NCBI RefSeq assembly: GCF_006345805.1
Contig: NC_043001.1
Coordinates: forward strand, 100,998,001 to 101,062,000
Direction of reading: 5' to 3'
Length of the DNA: 64,000 nt
Source: Octopus sinensis
Lineage: Eukaryota
The position numbers and the translations under genes are program-made. Of the stretch, positions 25,691-38,101 are shown one piece after another; the stretch's first letter is position 1, and each line of letters begins with the position of its first letter. The notes beneath the pieces are model-generated. The model had not been told where the DNA came from, did no database searches, and saw only the letters and a list, made by a program, of their open reading frames with translations.

Positions 25691-26575
25691 AAAAGATAAA
25701 AGAGAGAGAATGCCTTTGATGTAAGGTTCCTTGGAACCGAGCTAACACACCGAATCAGAAAGTAAGATCTCATCAAGCTAACATAATTGATGTGTTCACC
25801 CACAACGAAATCTCTTTCAACAAACATTTGGCCATCTTTAAAATTGTGACTACATATTATTAAAGTCCCAAATTTTACCCCAGAGTCAAATAAAAAAAGA
25901 AATTGGTTTGAACTCATGTTTAATGACAGTTTCATTCAGTCACTACCCTAATGTGGTTCAATTTGTGTTGACAAGCACACTTTGCAACATTATTTATTTA
26001 GCTGTATCAAATGCTCTCCAAACACATTATCTAGATTCAGTAACCATTGAATTTTTTTTTTAAATAAGTCAGATGATTTTTGTAAATAATTTTTGTTGAA
26101 AACTTTACTGAGAAATATAACTGAAATATCAGCGTAAGGCTAAAAACGGCAGACTGTTCAAGTGGTAGTTGTCTGTTCTTTTGATTCAGTCAATGATATG
26201 TCTGCACACAAATAACATTAATAAAACAAACAAAAACTGCTCTTTTTTCAAAAAAAAAACAAAAAAACTTAATCAAATATAAATAATGCAGATTTTTGTA
26301 ATTTTAACAAATCTGTTCCACTTTACATTTATTTCACAAAAACTTTCAATTTTTGTAAAGAAATCCCTTTAGTGTTTCTCAAGGTTTTTTTACTTGTTTT
26401 TCTTTACGTGCAAAAATGTCTTCACAGCATTTCTGCATTTTTCAACTTTTCTAGATTTTATATTTATCTTCCTACATTAACAGCTACATGGCATGTGCAT
26501 GATTTCATTAACAATGTCCTTTCTCACAATACAAACTGAAAACATCACACACCCGTACACACACAAACAACACAG

Positions 26576-26607
<32 letters not shown>

Positions 26608-27861
26608 ACACACACAAACAACACAGACATACACATGTAGCTATATACACTTAGGTATGTCAATATAAGCCTTAATATATATGTGTGTTTGTGAATGTGT
26701 GCATGTGTGTGTATACGTACATATACGCATATGCATATACATGTGTATGTGTGTGTGTGTGTATACGAGTATGTATGTATTTATATCTAAGTGGCTGTTG
26801 TGTGCATGCATATGTTTGTTTTGTGCACAAAGGTAAAAAAAATGCATATATTTAGACACATATTTGAACTTTTTAAATACACACACACACTCACACACAC
26901 ATACACACATCCATGCTGCATTTTTCTGCTTCCTAACATTTTTATGCCTGTCAAATAAAGGACAGGAATAAAAATAATTCTAATGCATAAAAAGATTTTA
27001 CTTCCTAAAAACTTGCTTTCGGTAAAATGTTGTTGTTGCCCCCAAATTTGCATTCCAAACCAAATGGTATTTCTTTCTCTCCAAATTATCATTTTTGAAA
27101 GTTTTTGATGTTGTGCAATACCAAACCATTATGCCTCTCTGACAAACTAATTAAACTTCAAACACTCTCTGAACTTAGAATTACGCTGGCAATTATTGGC
27201 AATAAATTCTCATTTAAAACATGTCATAAGACTAGAGTTATGCTAAATTCTCAATTGCCTGTCAATGCATCTTATCATGAAATCCGAGAGACAGAGGAAG
27301 ATAGAAGGTGAGAGAGAGAAAAGAAGAGAGAGGGGGAGAGAGTGAGAGAGAAGTGTATAAACATACATTAATTTTCAGAACATATTTTTCGTTATGTACA
27401 TTCCAATCTAAGAAAGTTCTGCTTAGATTCCTGTATAGCAAAACATTTATACTCCAAAGAATACATATCTAAGATGATGGAGATCATTTCATTAATATAT
27501 GATTATTGAATATTTGGAGGGTATCTCGTTTGTTTGCTCGTATGCATGTGTGTATATGTGTGTTTATATGCCTCTGTATCTGTCAGCATATTTCCTATTA
27601 TTCATATGTCTACATATCTATATTTTGTACATTTTTATAACAACATATCAACATCTATCTACTCTACATTTCATTACAACTTTGCAATTTTCTTTTGTCT
27701 GCTTACTTCATCTTCTCGTATGATATTAGCTGTTGGTTTGGGCCTTACATTGAAAATCAAACTTCATTCCTTCCTCTGATCAATCTACACCAGCATACAT
27801 GTACACACACACACACACATGTGAGTGACTCGCTGTTCTTGAGGAGATCTATTGAGTCAAG

Positions 27862-28230
27862 TACATTAACACCAACATCAAAATGAAAATCAAATGGAAA
27901 TTGTAGTTAAGATACCCATGCTGGTGACACGTTAAAAACACCATCCGAACATGGTAGTTGCCAGCGCCGCCTGACTGGCATCTGTGTCAGTGACACGTAA
28001 AAGCACCAACCGATCGTGGCCGTTTGCCAGCCTCATCTGGCCTCTGTGCTGGTGGCATGTAAAAAAACACCCACTACACTCACAGAATGGTTGGCGTTAG
28101 GAAGGGCATCCAGCTGTAGAAACACTGCCAAATCAGACTAGAGCATGGTGCAGCCTCCATGGCTCCCAGACCCCGGTCAAACCGTCCAACCCATGCTAAC
28201 ATGGAAAACAGACGTTAAATGATGATGATA
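27862..28230 (+). mobile_element. RTE-related SINE or 3' UTR, family S2, (GAT)n tail
   Basis: ggttggcgttaggaagggcatccagctgtagaaac...catggaaaacagacgttaaatgatgatg; also at 22690-22918, 28770-29040 (-), 36870-37092, 57560-57760 (-). Confidence 0.75.
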
Positions 28231-28727
28231 TGTATATATAGGAGTAAATGTAAGGATAAGCAAGTTGGGCAGGTCGATATACAAAGAATATTAAATACAC
28301 TAAATACAAAAAAATATATTTGCTTACATACAAAAAGGTTCGACTAACACAGAATAGAAATGATATCAGGAATTAAAGGAGTTGGAGAGGAGTATTACAA
28401 ATCCATCAGCTGTTTCTGGGGGCTTGGCAGTCCAAAATAATTATTGTAAACTGATTTCATCAGATGATAAGAGCCTCAATCTTCAGGAAAGAAATCTTAC
28501 ATTTGAGGTGTTGACAGAAAGGAAATTAAAGACGGAATGATTTTGTGGAGAGCTAAGTGTATTAGAAGGGGAACTTGGGAAGTATTCAGATAGAGAATAG
28601 AAAGAGGAGAAAATAAATTTCAAGGGTTAGGAATTACTTCTCTACCTGCTCAAGTTTAAAACTCTTGAGCACTACAAAGTGCATTCTATATGGAGAATAT
28701 CTGATTCTCATCTATGAACTATATATA

Positions 28728-28774
<47 letters not shown>

Positions 28775-29357
28775 TCATTATCTCGTCATTTAACTTCCAC
28801 TTTCCATGCTGGTATGGGTTGGATGGTCTGACTGAGGGCTGGCAAGCCAGAAGACTGCACCATGCTCCAATCTGATCTGGCAAAGTTTCTACAGCTGGAT
28901 GCCCTTCCTAATGCCAACCACTCCAAGAGTGTAGTGGATGGTTTTATGTTCTACTGGCACGAGGGCCAGTCCGGCAGCACTACTATCGTCCATGCTCAAA
29001 TGATGCTTTTTACATGCCACGGGCACAGGTGCCAATCAGACGGTACTGTCCACCCACACACATTATTGTGTCTGGGGAGGGTCATTCTGTTTTAGTATAT
29101 TATTACTTAAAACACTCACTGGTTTGATTTCCACTCATTTACTTAGTTTTGTTGCATCTTGCAACCTCTTCAATAGTTGCTGACTTTGTTCGTTATCAGA
29201 GCTGTATTCTTTTTGCTTGTTTGTGAGCATGTGTGTGTGTCAGTGTGCAAGTGTATACGCATATGTATGTATGTATTCTGCATATTCATGATTTTGTGTG
29301 TTCATGTTTGTGTGTTTGTATGTGTATTTGTGTATGTACCTCTGTCTCCAAGTGTGG

Positions 29358-29915
29358 TGCGCTGATGCAGTACCAGTCAGTGGCTCACATGGCTTCTGAT
29401 CTTAACTGGTTGGAAGTGTTATCATGTACATTGTTTTGTCTTGGTATAAAAGATGGGCTACTGCAAATATTCTGCTCAATACCACAGATTTGCTTGTCAG
29501 TTGTTTGACCTTAACCAATTGACCATGTCCCTTAGTGGCTGACGATGTGTGCATCTCTGATCAGAAGCAGAAGTAATAAGGGAACATCATAGCCGTGTGT
29601 TGAAAAGGAACTTTTGGAGGTTTGGATAATTCCCCTACGGAAACATGGGTGGTTTGTTCAACATCCTTAAACAATCCTTATTCAGAGACCTTTTGAGTGG
29701 GATGGGCTACTCAACCAGAAGAAAATTCTAACTGGGCCCCCACCTGCAAGGTCATGTGCTGTTTATCTTAATATGAGATCACCATGTCACGCACATATGG
29801 TTGTGATGCATGTGCCTGGTGTACCCTTATCAGACGGGTAGTCATGATGGGTATACTAGACTTCGTATATTTTACCCTAGTGTCACTTTGAGGGTATGCA
29901 CTGCTCTCTCACTCA
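29358..29915 (+). mobile_element. ~560-bp SINE-like element S6 with (TAA)n tail
   Basis: Matches the minus-strand copy 40590-41034; ends cactgctctctcactca-(taa)n. Confidence 0.8.
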
Positions 29916-29916
29916 C

Positions 29917-29951
29917 TAATAATAATAATAATAATAATGATAATAATAATG

Positions 29952-30013
<62 letters not shown>

Positions 30014-30046
30014 AATAATAATGATAATAATAATAATAATAAAAAA

Positions 30047-30090
<44 letters not shown>
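29917..30090. repeat. (TAA)n microsatellite
   Basis: Direct run; explains the poly-N, poly-I and poly-L ORFs. Confidence 0.95.
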
Positions 30091-30092
<2 letters not shown>

Positions 30093-30272
30093 TCGAAAAA
30101 TACCTTAGGAATGAGAATCCAGGTTTGAAATTTCCTCAAGCCACCTGATGAAGGCTGGAGGGTATATCAGCCGAAACGTTGTTTTAACAACAAACAAGAT
30201 GAGGTCAAATATCCGTCAATTGTTAATAATGTAAATAATGTAAATAATTCCTCATCTCTTAAATATAGAACT
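30089..30272 (+). mobile_element. Hammerhead-containing repeat module (copy 2)
   Basis: Homologous to 11352-11536. Confidence 0.8.
30140..30185 (+). ncRNA. Minimal hammerhead ribozyme motif with intact core
   Basis: CTGATGA 30145-30151, stem II GGCTG (30153-57)/CAGCC (30168-72), GAAA 30173-76, palindromic stem III ACGT, GUU triplet; stem I weakened (gccac/gtttt). Confidence 0.6.
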
Positions 30273-30289
30273 CTATCACTCCTTGATAT

Positions 30290-30778
30290 TTGTCGGTCTT
30301 GCACTACGTGTTCACCCTGTTTACTTTGTCACAGGCTCTTTGTATCCTATTCGAGTCTCTACCTCTGTATCTAGGGCAGGCACCACTGGTTTCATTACAT
30401 ATAATTCTATTTAACTTCTTTCTAGCTTCCCTGTATACCCAAACCCTATCTTTCTGGATATATTCAGAGTTCTACATGCAGTGCATGAGGTTCTGTACAT
30501 GTTTCTTTGTTTCATAGGGTGCGCATAGTGGGGACATGTTCATTATCCTAACTCCGTCTGCTATCAGCATGCTCTTGTGAGCAACATATTTAGAAGCTAT
30601 GGGTTTCATGTAATAGGAGGGGAGGAGCTGCACTCTGCTGTTCACAGTCTCTAACCAAAGTTCTGTATCAAGGACAGGGAGGGTATCTATTGATAGGGTG
30701 CCTATTGGGGTAATTTATAGTTGCCTTGATACTTTGGTGGGTGGAGTCAGCTATATGCTGGATGCTCTCCATTATGCT
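30290..30778 (-). mobile_element. Penelope-like element reverse transcriptase C-terminal fragment (pseudogenised)
   Basis: IMESIQHIADSTHQSIKATINYP / LPVLDTELW...SYYMKPIASKYVAHKS...RIMNMSPLC...M*NSEYIQKDR resembles the PLE RT LPxLD, YxKP and RxxxSGY motifs; one frameshift and one stop. Confidence 0.6.
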
Positions 30779-30787
30779 CAGCTTTGT

Positions 30788-30809
30788 TTAAGTGCTGCAG
30801 AGTGGGGTG

Positions 30810-30901
<92 letters not shown>

Positions 30902-31090
30902 CTTTAAGGTACAAAATCATAATTATGAGAACTTGAACAAGTAGGAATTTTATAAAATTCCTACTCCTTCAAGTTCTCATAATTATGAAATATGATTTTG
31001 TAGCTTAAAGGTTCTCTCTCTCTCTTTCTCTCTCTCTCTCTTTCTTTCTCTCTCTCTCTTTCTTTCTCTCTCTCTTTCTATCTCTCTCTC

Positions 31091-31128
<38 letters not shown>

Positions 31129-31149
31129 CCCCCATTCTGCAGCACTTAA
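30788..31149. repeat. ~360-bp palindrome with (GA)n and (TC)n tracts in its arms
   Basis: Ends ttaagtgctgcagagtggggtgg / ccacccccattctgcagcacttaa; perfect centre gtaggaatttta|taaaattcctac at 30952/30953. Confidence 0.85.
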
Positions 31150-31218
31150 AATAAGGTATTGTAGGCAATTGTTGTTGACACGTTTTCTGAGGTTGCACAC
31201 CACTTTCCTCGTATTTCT

Positions 31219-31229
31219 TATGATGATGG

Positions 31230-31276
<47 letters not shown>

Positions 31277-31285
31277 ATGATGATA

Positions 31286-31324
<39 letters not shown>

Positions 31325-31423
31325 GTGATGATGATGGTGATGATGATGATGATGATGATGATGGTGGTGATGATGGTGATGATGATGATGATGATGAAGA
31401 TGATGGTGATGGTGATGATGATG

Positions 31424-31452
<29 letters not shown>
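31219..31452. repeat. (GAT)n/(GGT)n microsatellite
   Basis: Direct run; explains the poly-Met ORF. Confidence 0.95.
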
Positions 31453-31454
<2 letters not shown>

Positions 31455-33026
31455 GGAGAAGGAGGAGGATGGGAATGGGGTTCTTTATTTTGTCTAAGTT
31501 ACTTGTTGAAGTTTTCCTACAGCTTTTACCATTTCACAACCAGTTCTACCTGTCTCCAGCTCATCTAGGATTGAACAAAAGTTATCTAACATAGTTATGA
31601 TCCCATTCATAAGTTTCCAAGGTTTTTGAAACTAGGAAAAACCCAACCCTATACAGTGCGTCCCTTTTCACACTGCGACATTACTTAACCTTTCATTGCC
31701 AAACAAAAGTCTATCTCCATCGAAGTTGTTCTCTCTCCCATCTGATCAATCGTCAACACAGCATATAAAAGTTCCCTAATTGTGTACAAGTCCACGTATG
31801 CACAGTTATTTAATAGGCATTAATAAATCGAGTAAGGAGCTGTCACAATTATTTTTCTTCCTTTTGCTAAGCATCTATTTTGAAAGCAGACATAATATTT
31901 ACTCAATCTATATGCAACATATAACGCAACCATTAGAAGTGCAAAAGAAAATGAAAAAACAAAAAGATGATAATGGTGTAAATTAAATTCCCGTGTGGAG
32001 GCAGAGAGGAGACAGGAATGAAAAGGGGGTCATAACGATTAAGTCAAAACTTTGGAATATTTCCCTCAAGATCTTTTCATGTAACAATGACATTCTTCTG
32101 GGAGACAAAATTATAGAAACACATCCATAAATATTCTTTCACAAATACAGATTATAGACATGCTCACATCGCCTTTTTTAATGCAAACACACACAATAAT
32201 CACGTGATTATACAGGCTGAGAAGCACACACACACACACACACACACTGACGAAAAAGAAAATCCTCTTTGGCTATCAAGTTTGTGTGGAAATTCTCTGA
32301 AATTTTATCAAAGGATAACAAAGTAAGAGAAACCCCTATAGTTTACATTGAAAGAAACGAAGGAAAGAAGGATGTGAAAGTGTGAATGGTCAATGAGTGT
32401 TGTAGATTTATGAGCAAAAAATTAACTAATTAGGCAAAGAATTCTTTTGAATGAATTAACATGTTTGGAGTTCTTCAGCTATTTTAGCCATTACCTATTT
32501 GAACAGTGTTAATTGTCAACATTGGAATGGTTTGTTTCTAGGAAGCCAACCATTTTATGAAATGGAATTCCCCAAGGAGATGAATTTTCAGGGATTCAAA
32601 ATTTCATTAATATTCCTCTGTTTGTGGTTGTTATTGTTGATACATCTGTTGTTGCTGCTGCTGTTGCTGTTGTTCTTATTCTTTTCATCATCATCACCAT
32701 CATCATTTTTGTCATCATCGTCACCATCATCATCATCATCATCATCATCATTGATACTATCATTGTTGTTTTCTTATCTGTTTTACTTTTTGTTTTTCCC
32801 CCTCTCTCTCTCTCTCTTTCTCTCTGTCTCCTTCTCTCTCTCTCTCTCCCTCTCTTCCCATTCACTTCAAGACTCCAATTGTTTCCCTTCCTTCAATAAC
32901 AATTTTTTATTTCTCATTTCAAATTAGAATTTCTCTGTTCTTTTTTGTTTATATTTTTAATTTGTTTCTTTAAGATTCTGCAATTCTGAATCTACTTATG
33001 TTTGTACGTATCTGCACACACACACA

Positions 33027-33061
<35 letters not shown>

Positions 33062-33808
33062 GCTTCCATACATTATGTCTGTGCATGTATGTATGCATAT
33101 GAGAGTGTTTGCATATGTGTGATATTAATATATGTATGTATATGTTTACTTCAAGATTTATCTAAGATTTTTCCCCCTTTCTGGAATTCCAGCTGGTCAC
33201 TGCAAAGAGCCAAGACAGCTCATGGGAGTCTATGGACAACTTAATTGATTCGGGCACACATGCATGCATGCATGTGTGTGTGCATGGATAAACTCACACT
33301 CACGCAGTGTGTATACATGGCACTTTAGGGCATGCATGCTTCATTGCTGGTTATGTGTGCATATCTGTGAGTGTGTGTGTATGTGTGTGTTTGTTTCTTT
33401 GAGATTCCACAGTTTGTGTATTTGTCTATGTGTATTCCATGATTTTGTGTTCAGCCTTGGATTCTCAATGACATAATCCTTGGCATGTTTTACAGGGCTT
33501 TCTTTAGTGTAATACTAATCGGTTGAATTAGGATACAAATCAGTTTTGCTTTGTTCTGCCTTGGATAATCTTGGGTTTTGTGCAAACCGATCGTTTCGTA
33601 GCTCAGTGCATCTATAAGGCATATTGATAAACACTTATAGTTTGGTTATAAGAGTTAAGAGTTTTTTATTGGCTTGCCTTGACCCCTATTTACACATAAA
33701 TAGTTACACGTATACATAAATACATTCAAACATGCATACACACACACACACACATATATATATACATATATAAATTCATACATATATACATACAAACAGG
33801 CATCCATG

Positions 33809-33938
33809 CATTTCTACATGCATACATTCCTATATGTATGCGTTCCTACACGCATACATTCCTACATGAATACATTCCAACATGCACACATTCCTACATG
33901 CATGCATTCCTACATGCATACGTTCCTACATGCATACA
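33809..33938. repeat. 16-bp minisatellite (cattcctacatgcata), about 8 copies
   Basis: Visible 16-nt period. Confidence 0.8.
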
Positions 33939-34229
33939 AACATTTCAAGTGGACTTAAGAGTTCTGTAGCAACAAAAAGGTTTTGATCATAATAAAATGG
34001 TCTGATGAAAGCAAATCCAGCCAAATCCTTAATTCATAGCAGATATGTTTGGCACAACAACACAAAAGCAGGGCATCTGAAACGTTAGCAAGGCACAGTT
34101 AAGCACAGAGGAGGTAGGGTTATGATGGAAAGCAGTTTAGAGAGAGAGAGGCAGAGCAGATCTCATTTTTATTAACTATTATTTCATTGTCATCGATATC
34201 CATTAACTGTCTTGCCAGACATTGGGGTA

Positions 34230-34412
34230 CCATTCTTGACACTTCCACTGTTAGCTCTCACCACAGGTCTCTGTCTCTGTCATGCATTGTAGGGTCACAA
34301 GGTTGTAACCTGTCCAGCCCTTGATATTGACAAACGAGGGTTTTCTCTGTCTGCCTCTCTTTCACTCTCCCTCAACTGTGCTTTGAAAAATGATTTTGGG
34401 ACAATTTGTGGC
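34230..34412 (-). mobile_element. Decayed RTE LINE 3' coding fragment
   Basis: KIIFQSTVEGE*KRGRQRKPSFVNIKGWTG resembles QGTVEGKRKRGRQRKSW.DNIKEWTG. Confidence 0.6.
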
Positions 34413-34949
34413 TATAGATGAGCCAAAATATTGATCCGCTAGAACACATTTAAACAACTTGATAGGGGTTTAAGAGAAATATTTTCAAAATTTACATCAG
34501 TTATGAAGCTGAAAAATGTTGACCTAAGAATGGATAAACATGGAATGATCTGGCATGGATAATTTCATAAAATCCATTGGAGGGTCTACAAAATATTAAC
34601 ACAAGCTTCCATTCAGTTTCTGTCATATTTCAGGAAACTATTACAAGTTAAATATTGTACATTATTGCACAGGCTATAAAGTTATTGTTGGTCAATGTGC
34701 ATGTGTAGGTACATGTGTGTGTGTGTGTGTGTGTGTGTGCGTGGTAAAACAAAATGATAGACCAGAGTACAATAGATATCAGGTCAAACTATGATATATT
34801 TATACAACATATAGAGAAAAGCAAGTATATAAAGGAGCACAAATCCTAAGAGATCAGTAAAAGTTCCATTAAGGTATGTTCATAATAGTTGTGATGTAAA
34901 CAGGAAGACACCAGAAGGGGGCAGAAGGTGTAACCGTAGTATTAATATG

Positions 34950-36488
34950 ACATACCAAATAAAATATATTATACATGCAAACATTATACAAATTTGGAAC
35001 ACAAAATAATAAACATTTTCAAAGTTATGAATGAAATATAAATTTTCAAATGTTACAAAAGTATGTACACCTTAAAGGAAATTTGCTGTATTCAATATTT
35101 GGTGTGACTGCCCTTGCTTACAATGACTGCATTAAATCTTCTGGGTGTAGAGTTGTCTAAATTTCCACATAAAACCGATGAAATCGACCTCCATTCATCC
35201 TGAATGATGTCTTTCAACTGTGTTACATTGTGGGGCTTTTTCTCCTGAACCTTCCTTTCCAAAATACCCCACAGACGTTCCGTTGGGTTTAAATCAGGTG
35301 ACATGGTAGGTGAAGGCAATACCTTTACCTTTTTATCTGCTAAAAACATAGTCCTCATCTTTGAAGTGTGTTTAGGGTCATTACCATGTTGGAACATGGA
35401 ATATCTACCTAGTTCCTTGATACTTTTCAACATTGTTTTCTGCAACATGTCACAATAAAGCCTTGAATCTATTGTTCACACACCAAATGTGAGTCCTCCC
35501 ACACCAGCTGCACTCATGCATCCCCAAAAGCATAACACTTCTGCCACCATGTTTCACGGTACACCCAGTGCATTTGTCGCTATTATCTTCACCTGGTCAT
35601 CGCCATATTTGTTTAATACCATCTGACCCAAACAAGTTGATTTCAGTCTCCTCAGAAAAAAGAAATTTATTCCAAAGCTCCTTCCTCTTACTCACATGGG
35701 TTTCAGCAAAAGAAAGACGACTTGATTTATGCCTGGTAGTGAGGAGAGTCTTCCTACGAGGAACGCATCAATGAAGACCACACTGGTTCGAACTTTGGCA
35801 AACTGTTTCCGTGGATAAACTTTTTCCACTAACAGAAGGCACACCTTGGGCCAAAGTTGAAGCAGTACGATGCCTGTCATCCATTATGAATGTGGCAAAT
35901 ATCACACACAGTTAAAATAGAAGGACGACCTAGATGATATTTATTGCTTAGCCGTCCAGTAGCTTTGTACTTTGGCAATTGTGTTTACGCTAACATGCAT
36001 TCGTTTGCTAATTAACTTGTATCGTAAACCATTGTTGTGCAAATTAGAAATAATTTTCTTCAAATCTTCAGACAATTCTTTTCCTTTTGGTGCCATATAT
36101 AATCACAATGAAGAAGATTTTCACCACGGTACACAAATCAGAATTCCTGCAGATGCAATAACCAATGACCGGCGCAAAAATGCCAAGAGAAATAATTTAT
36201 TAGAATTGAAATTATCAGCAATATCTGAATTTAGTAAAAAAAAGTGGATAAAATATTGAATATAGCAAATAAAGCTTTAGGGTGTACATACTTTTGTACC
36301 GTTTGAAAATTAACATTTCGTTCATGTCTTCGAAAATGTTTACTGTTTTGTGTTCCAAATTTGTATAATCTTTGCATATGTAATATATTTTATTTGGTAT
36401 AAATTTAATTTGATTTCCCTCAATATTATCAGAGTAATGGCAATTTTACTGAAATATTTTAGGGGTGTACACACTTCTGTGAGATACT
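34950..36488 (-). mobile_element. Internally deleted, inactive Tc1 element with long IR/DR-type TIRs
   Basis: ORF 35092-35448 FQHGNDPKHTSK...SPDLNPTERLWGILERKV; upstream KHGG.SVM.WGCMSAAGVG. Right TIR 36277-36488 has outer and inner direct repeats (caNaagtNtgtacaccc); left TIR 34950-35076 is truncated. Confidence 0.9.
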
Positions 36489-36524
36489 ATATATATAGAT
36501 ATATATAAGGATAAATATATATGT

Positions 36525-36568
<44 letters not shown>

Positions 36569-36591
36569 TATATATATAATAAGGATAAATA

Positions 36592-36630
<39 letters not shown>

Positions 36631-36634
36631 ATAA

Positions 36635-36676
<42 letters not shown>

Positions 36677-36678
<2 letters not shown>

Positions 36679-36858
36679 AGAATTCACAAAAAACAAAAGA
36701 TGAAGACAGGTGGTGTAAACAAGAAACAGATGTATTAGTTTAATGCTTGGAAGTGAAAACGTCTTTAATGTTTTGAGCCTATACTCTTCCGCAGAAAGGA
36801 ACATCTGTTTGTTGTCTACACCACCTGTCTTCATCTTTTGTTTTTTTGTAAATTCTCC
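36677..36858. repeat. Fold-back element with ~57-bp arms (36677-36733, 36801-36858)
   Basis: ggagaattcacaaaaaacaaaagatgaagacaggtggtg... versus ...caccacctgtcttcatcttttgtttttttgtaaattctcc. Confidence 0.85.
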
Positions 36859-38061
36859 CCCTCTGTACCGCCTGACTGGCCCTCGTGCTGGTGGCATGTA
36901 AAAGCACCCACTACACTCTCAGAGTGGTTGGCATTAGGAAGGGCACCCAGCTGTAGAAACTCTGCCAGATCAGATTGGAGCCTGGTGCAGCCATCTGGTT
37001 TGCCAGTCCTCAGTCAAATTGTCCAACCCATGCTAGCATGGAAAACGAACGTTAAACGAAGATAATGATGATGATGATGATGATGATGATGATATATATA
37101 CCTATATATGTATGTACACACACATGCCCATCTTGAGTTGACTTTCTATGCCCATATACTGTTCCAACCCACCAAACTTCCACAGTTCCATGTAAGGTAA
37201 TATTTCCACTGGTACAGACATGTTTTCAAGAAAGCTTGCAAACAAACAGCACCAATTGTTTACAATTAGAGTGCAATGCCATGACAAAGAAAACAAAAAT
37301 ACACACACCCATGCGCACAAATGCACGCATATATATATATGCATACTTACAAACACACACAGACCCATATATATTATACACACACATATATATACTGATA
37401 TATATATATATATGAATATATACTTATATACGTATACATTCATACATATACACATATATTACTTCTTTTCTCTTTCTACCTACGTCGTTCTCTAATAAGG
37501 CTATGTTTGCAGATTTACAACTTCGTTAGGGAAATCTGATATTTTCCTCAAGGCTGGACAAAACAGACGGTCTCCTGATATCCATCGATAATAGTTTTAA
37601 GAGGAAAAAAAAAACAGAAACATCCACCAACACAGAAATATATGAGAGCTATGAACAAATAAATTATAAGTGGCTATATTATAAGAGTGTTTTAATTAAA
37701 GTCAGTCAGGATATTGAGCTGTTATGGATATTGGTTGGCAGTCATAAACAAATGAATGCATAATCCTGCTTAACCCCAAGAAGTTATTATTTTTTAATGA
37801 CAGACATCAAGTTGGATTCAGTTAAAATAACTGAGCTAAACCAAGTATCCATTACAAATATTTATTTGTACAACTATGTAAAGATATACCTAGGTGCAGG
37901 TATGGCTGTGTTGTTTAAGGGTCTACTTCTCAAACACATAGGTTTGAGTTCAGCCCTTGTGTGTGGAATCTTGGGCAAGTGTCATCTACTATAGCTCCAG
38001 GCTGACCAAAACCTTTTGAGTGGATTTGGTAGACAGAAATTGAAACATGCCTGCCTTATAT

Positions 38062-38101
<40 letters not shown>

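Noticed and set aside
29358-29385. U2 snRNA stem-loop IV similarity (TGCAGTACC) at the S6 5' end
   Set aside because: Only 9 nt match; the rest is unlike U2.
33515-33611. Possible minus-strand terminal exon CTELRNDRFAQNPRLSKAEQSKTDLYPNSTD*
   Set aside because: Weak acceptor, a second frame is equally open, and there is no supporting linkage.
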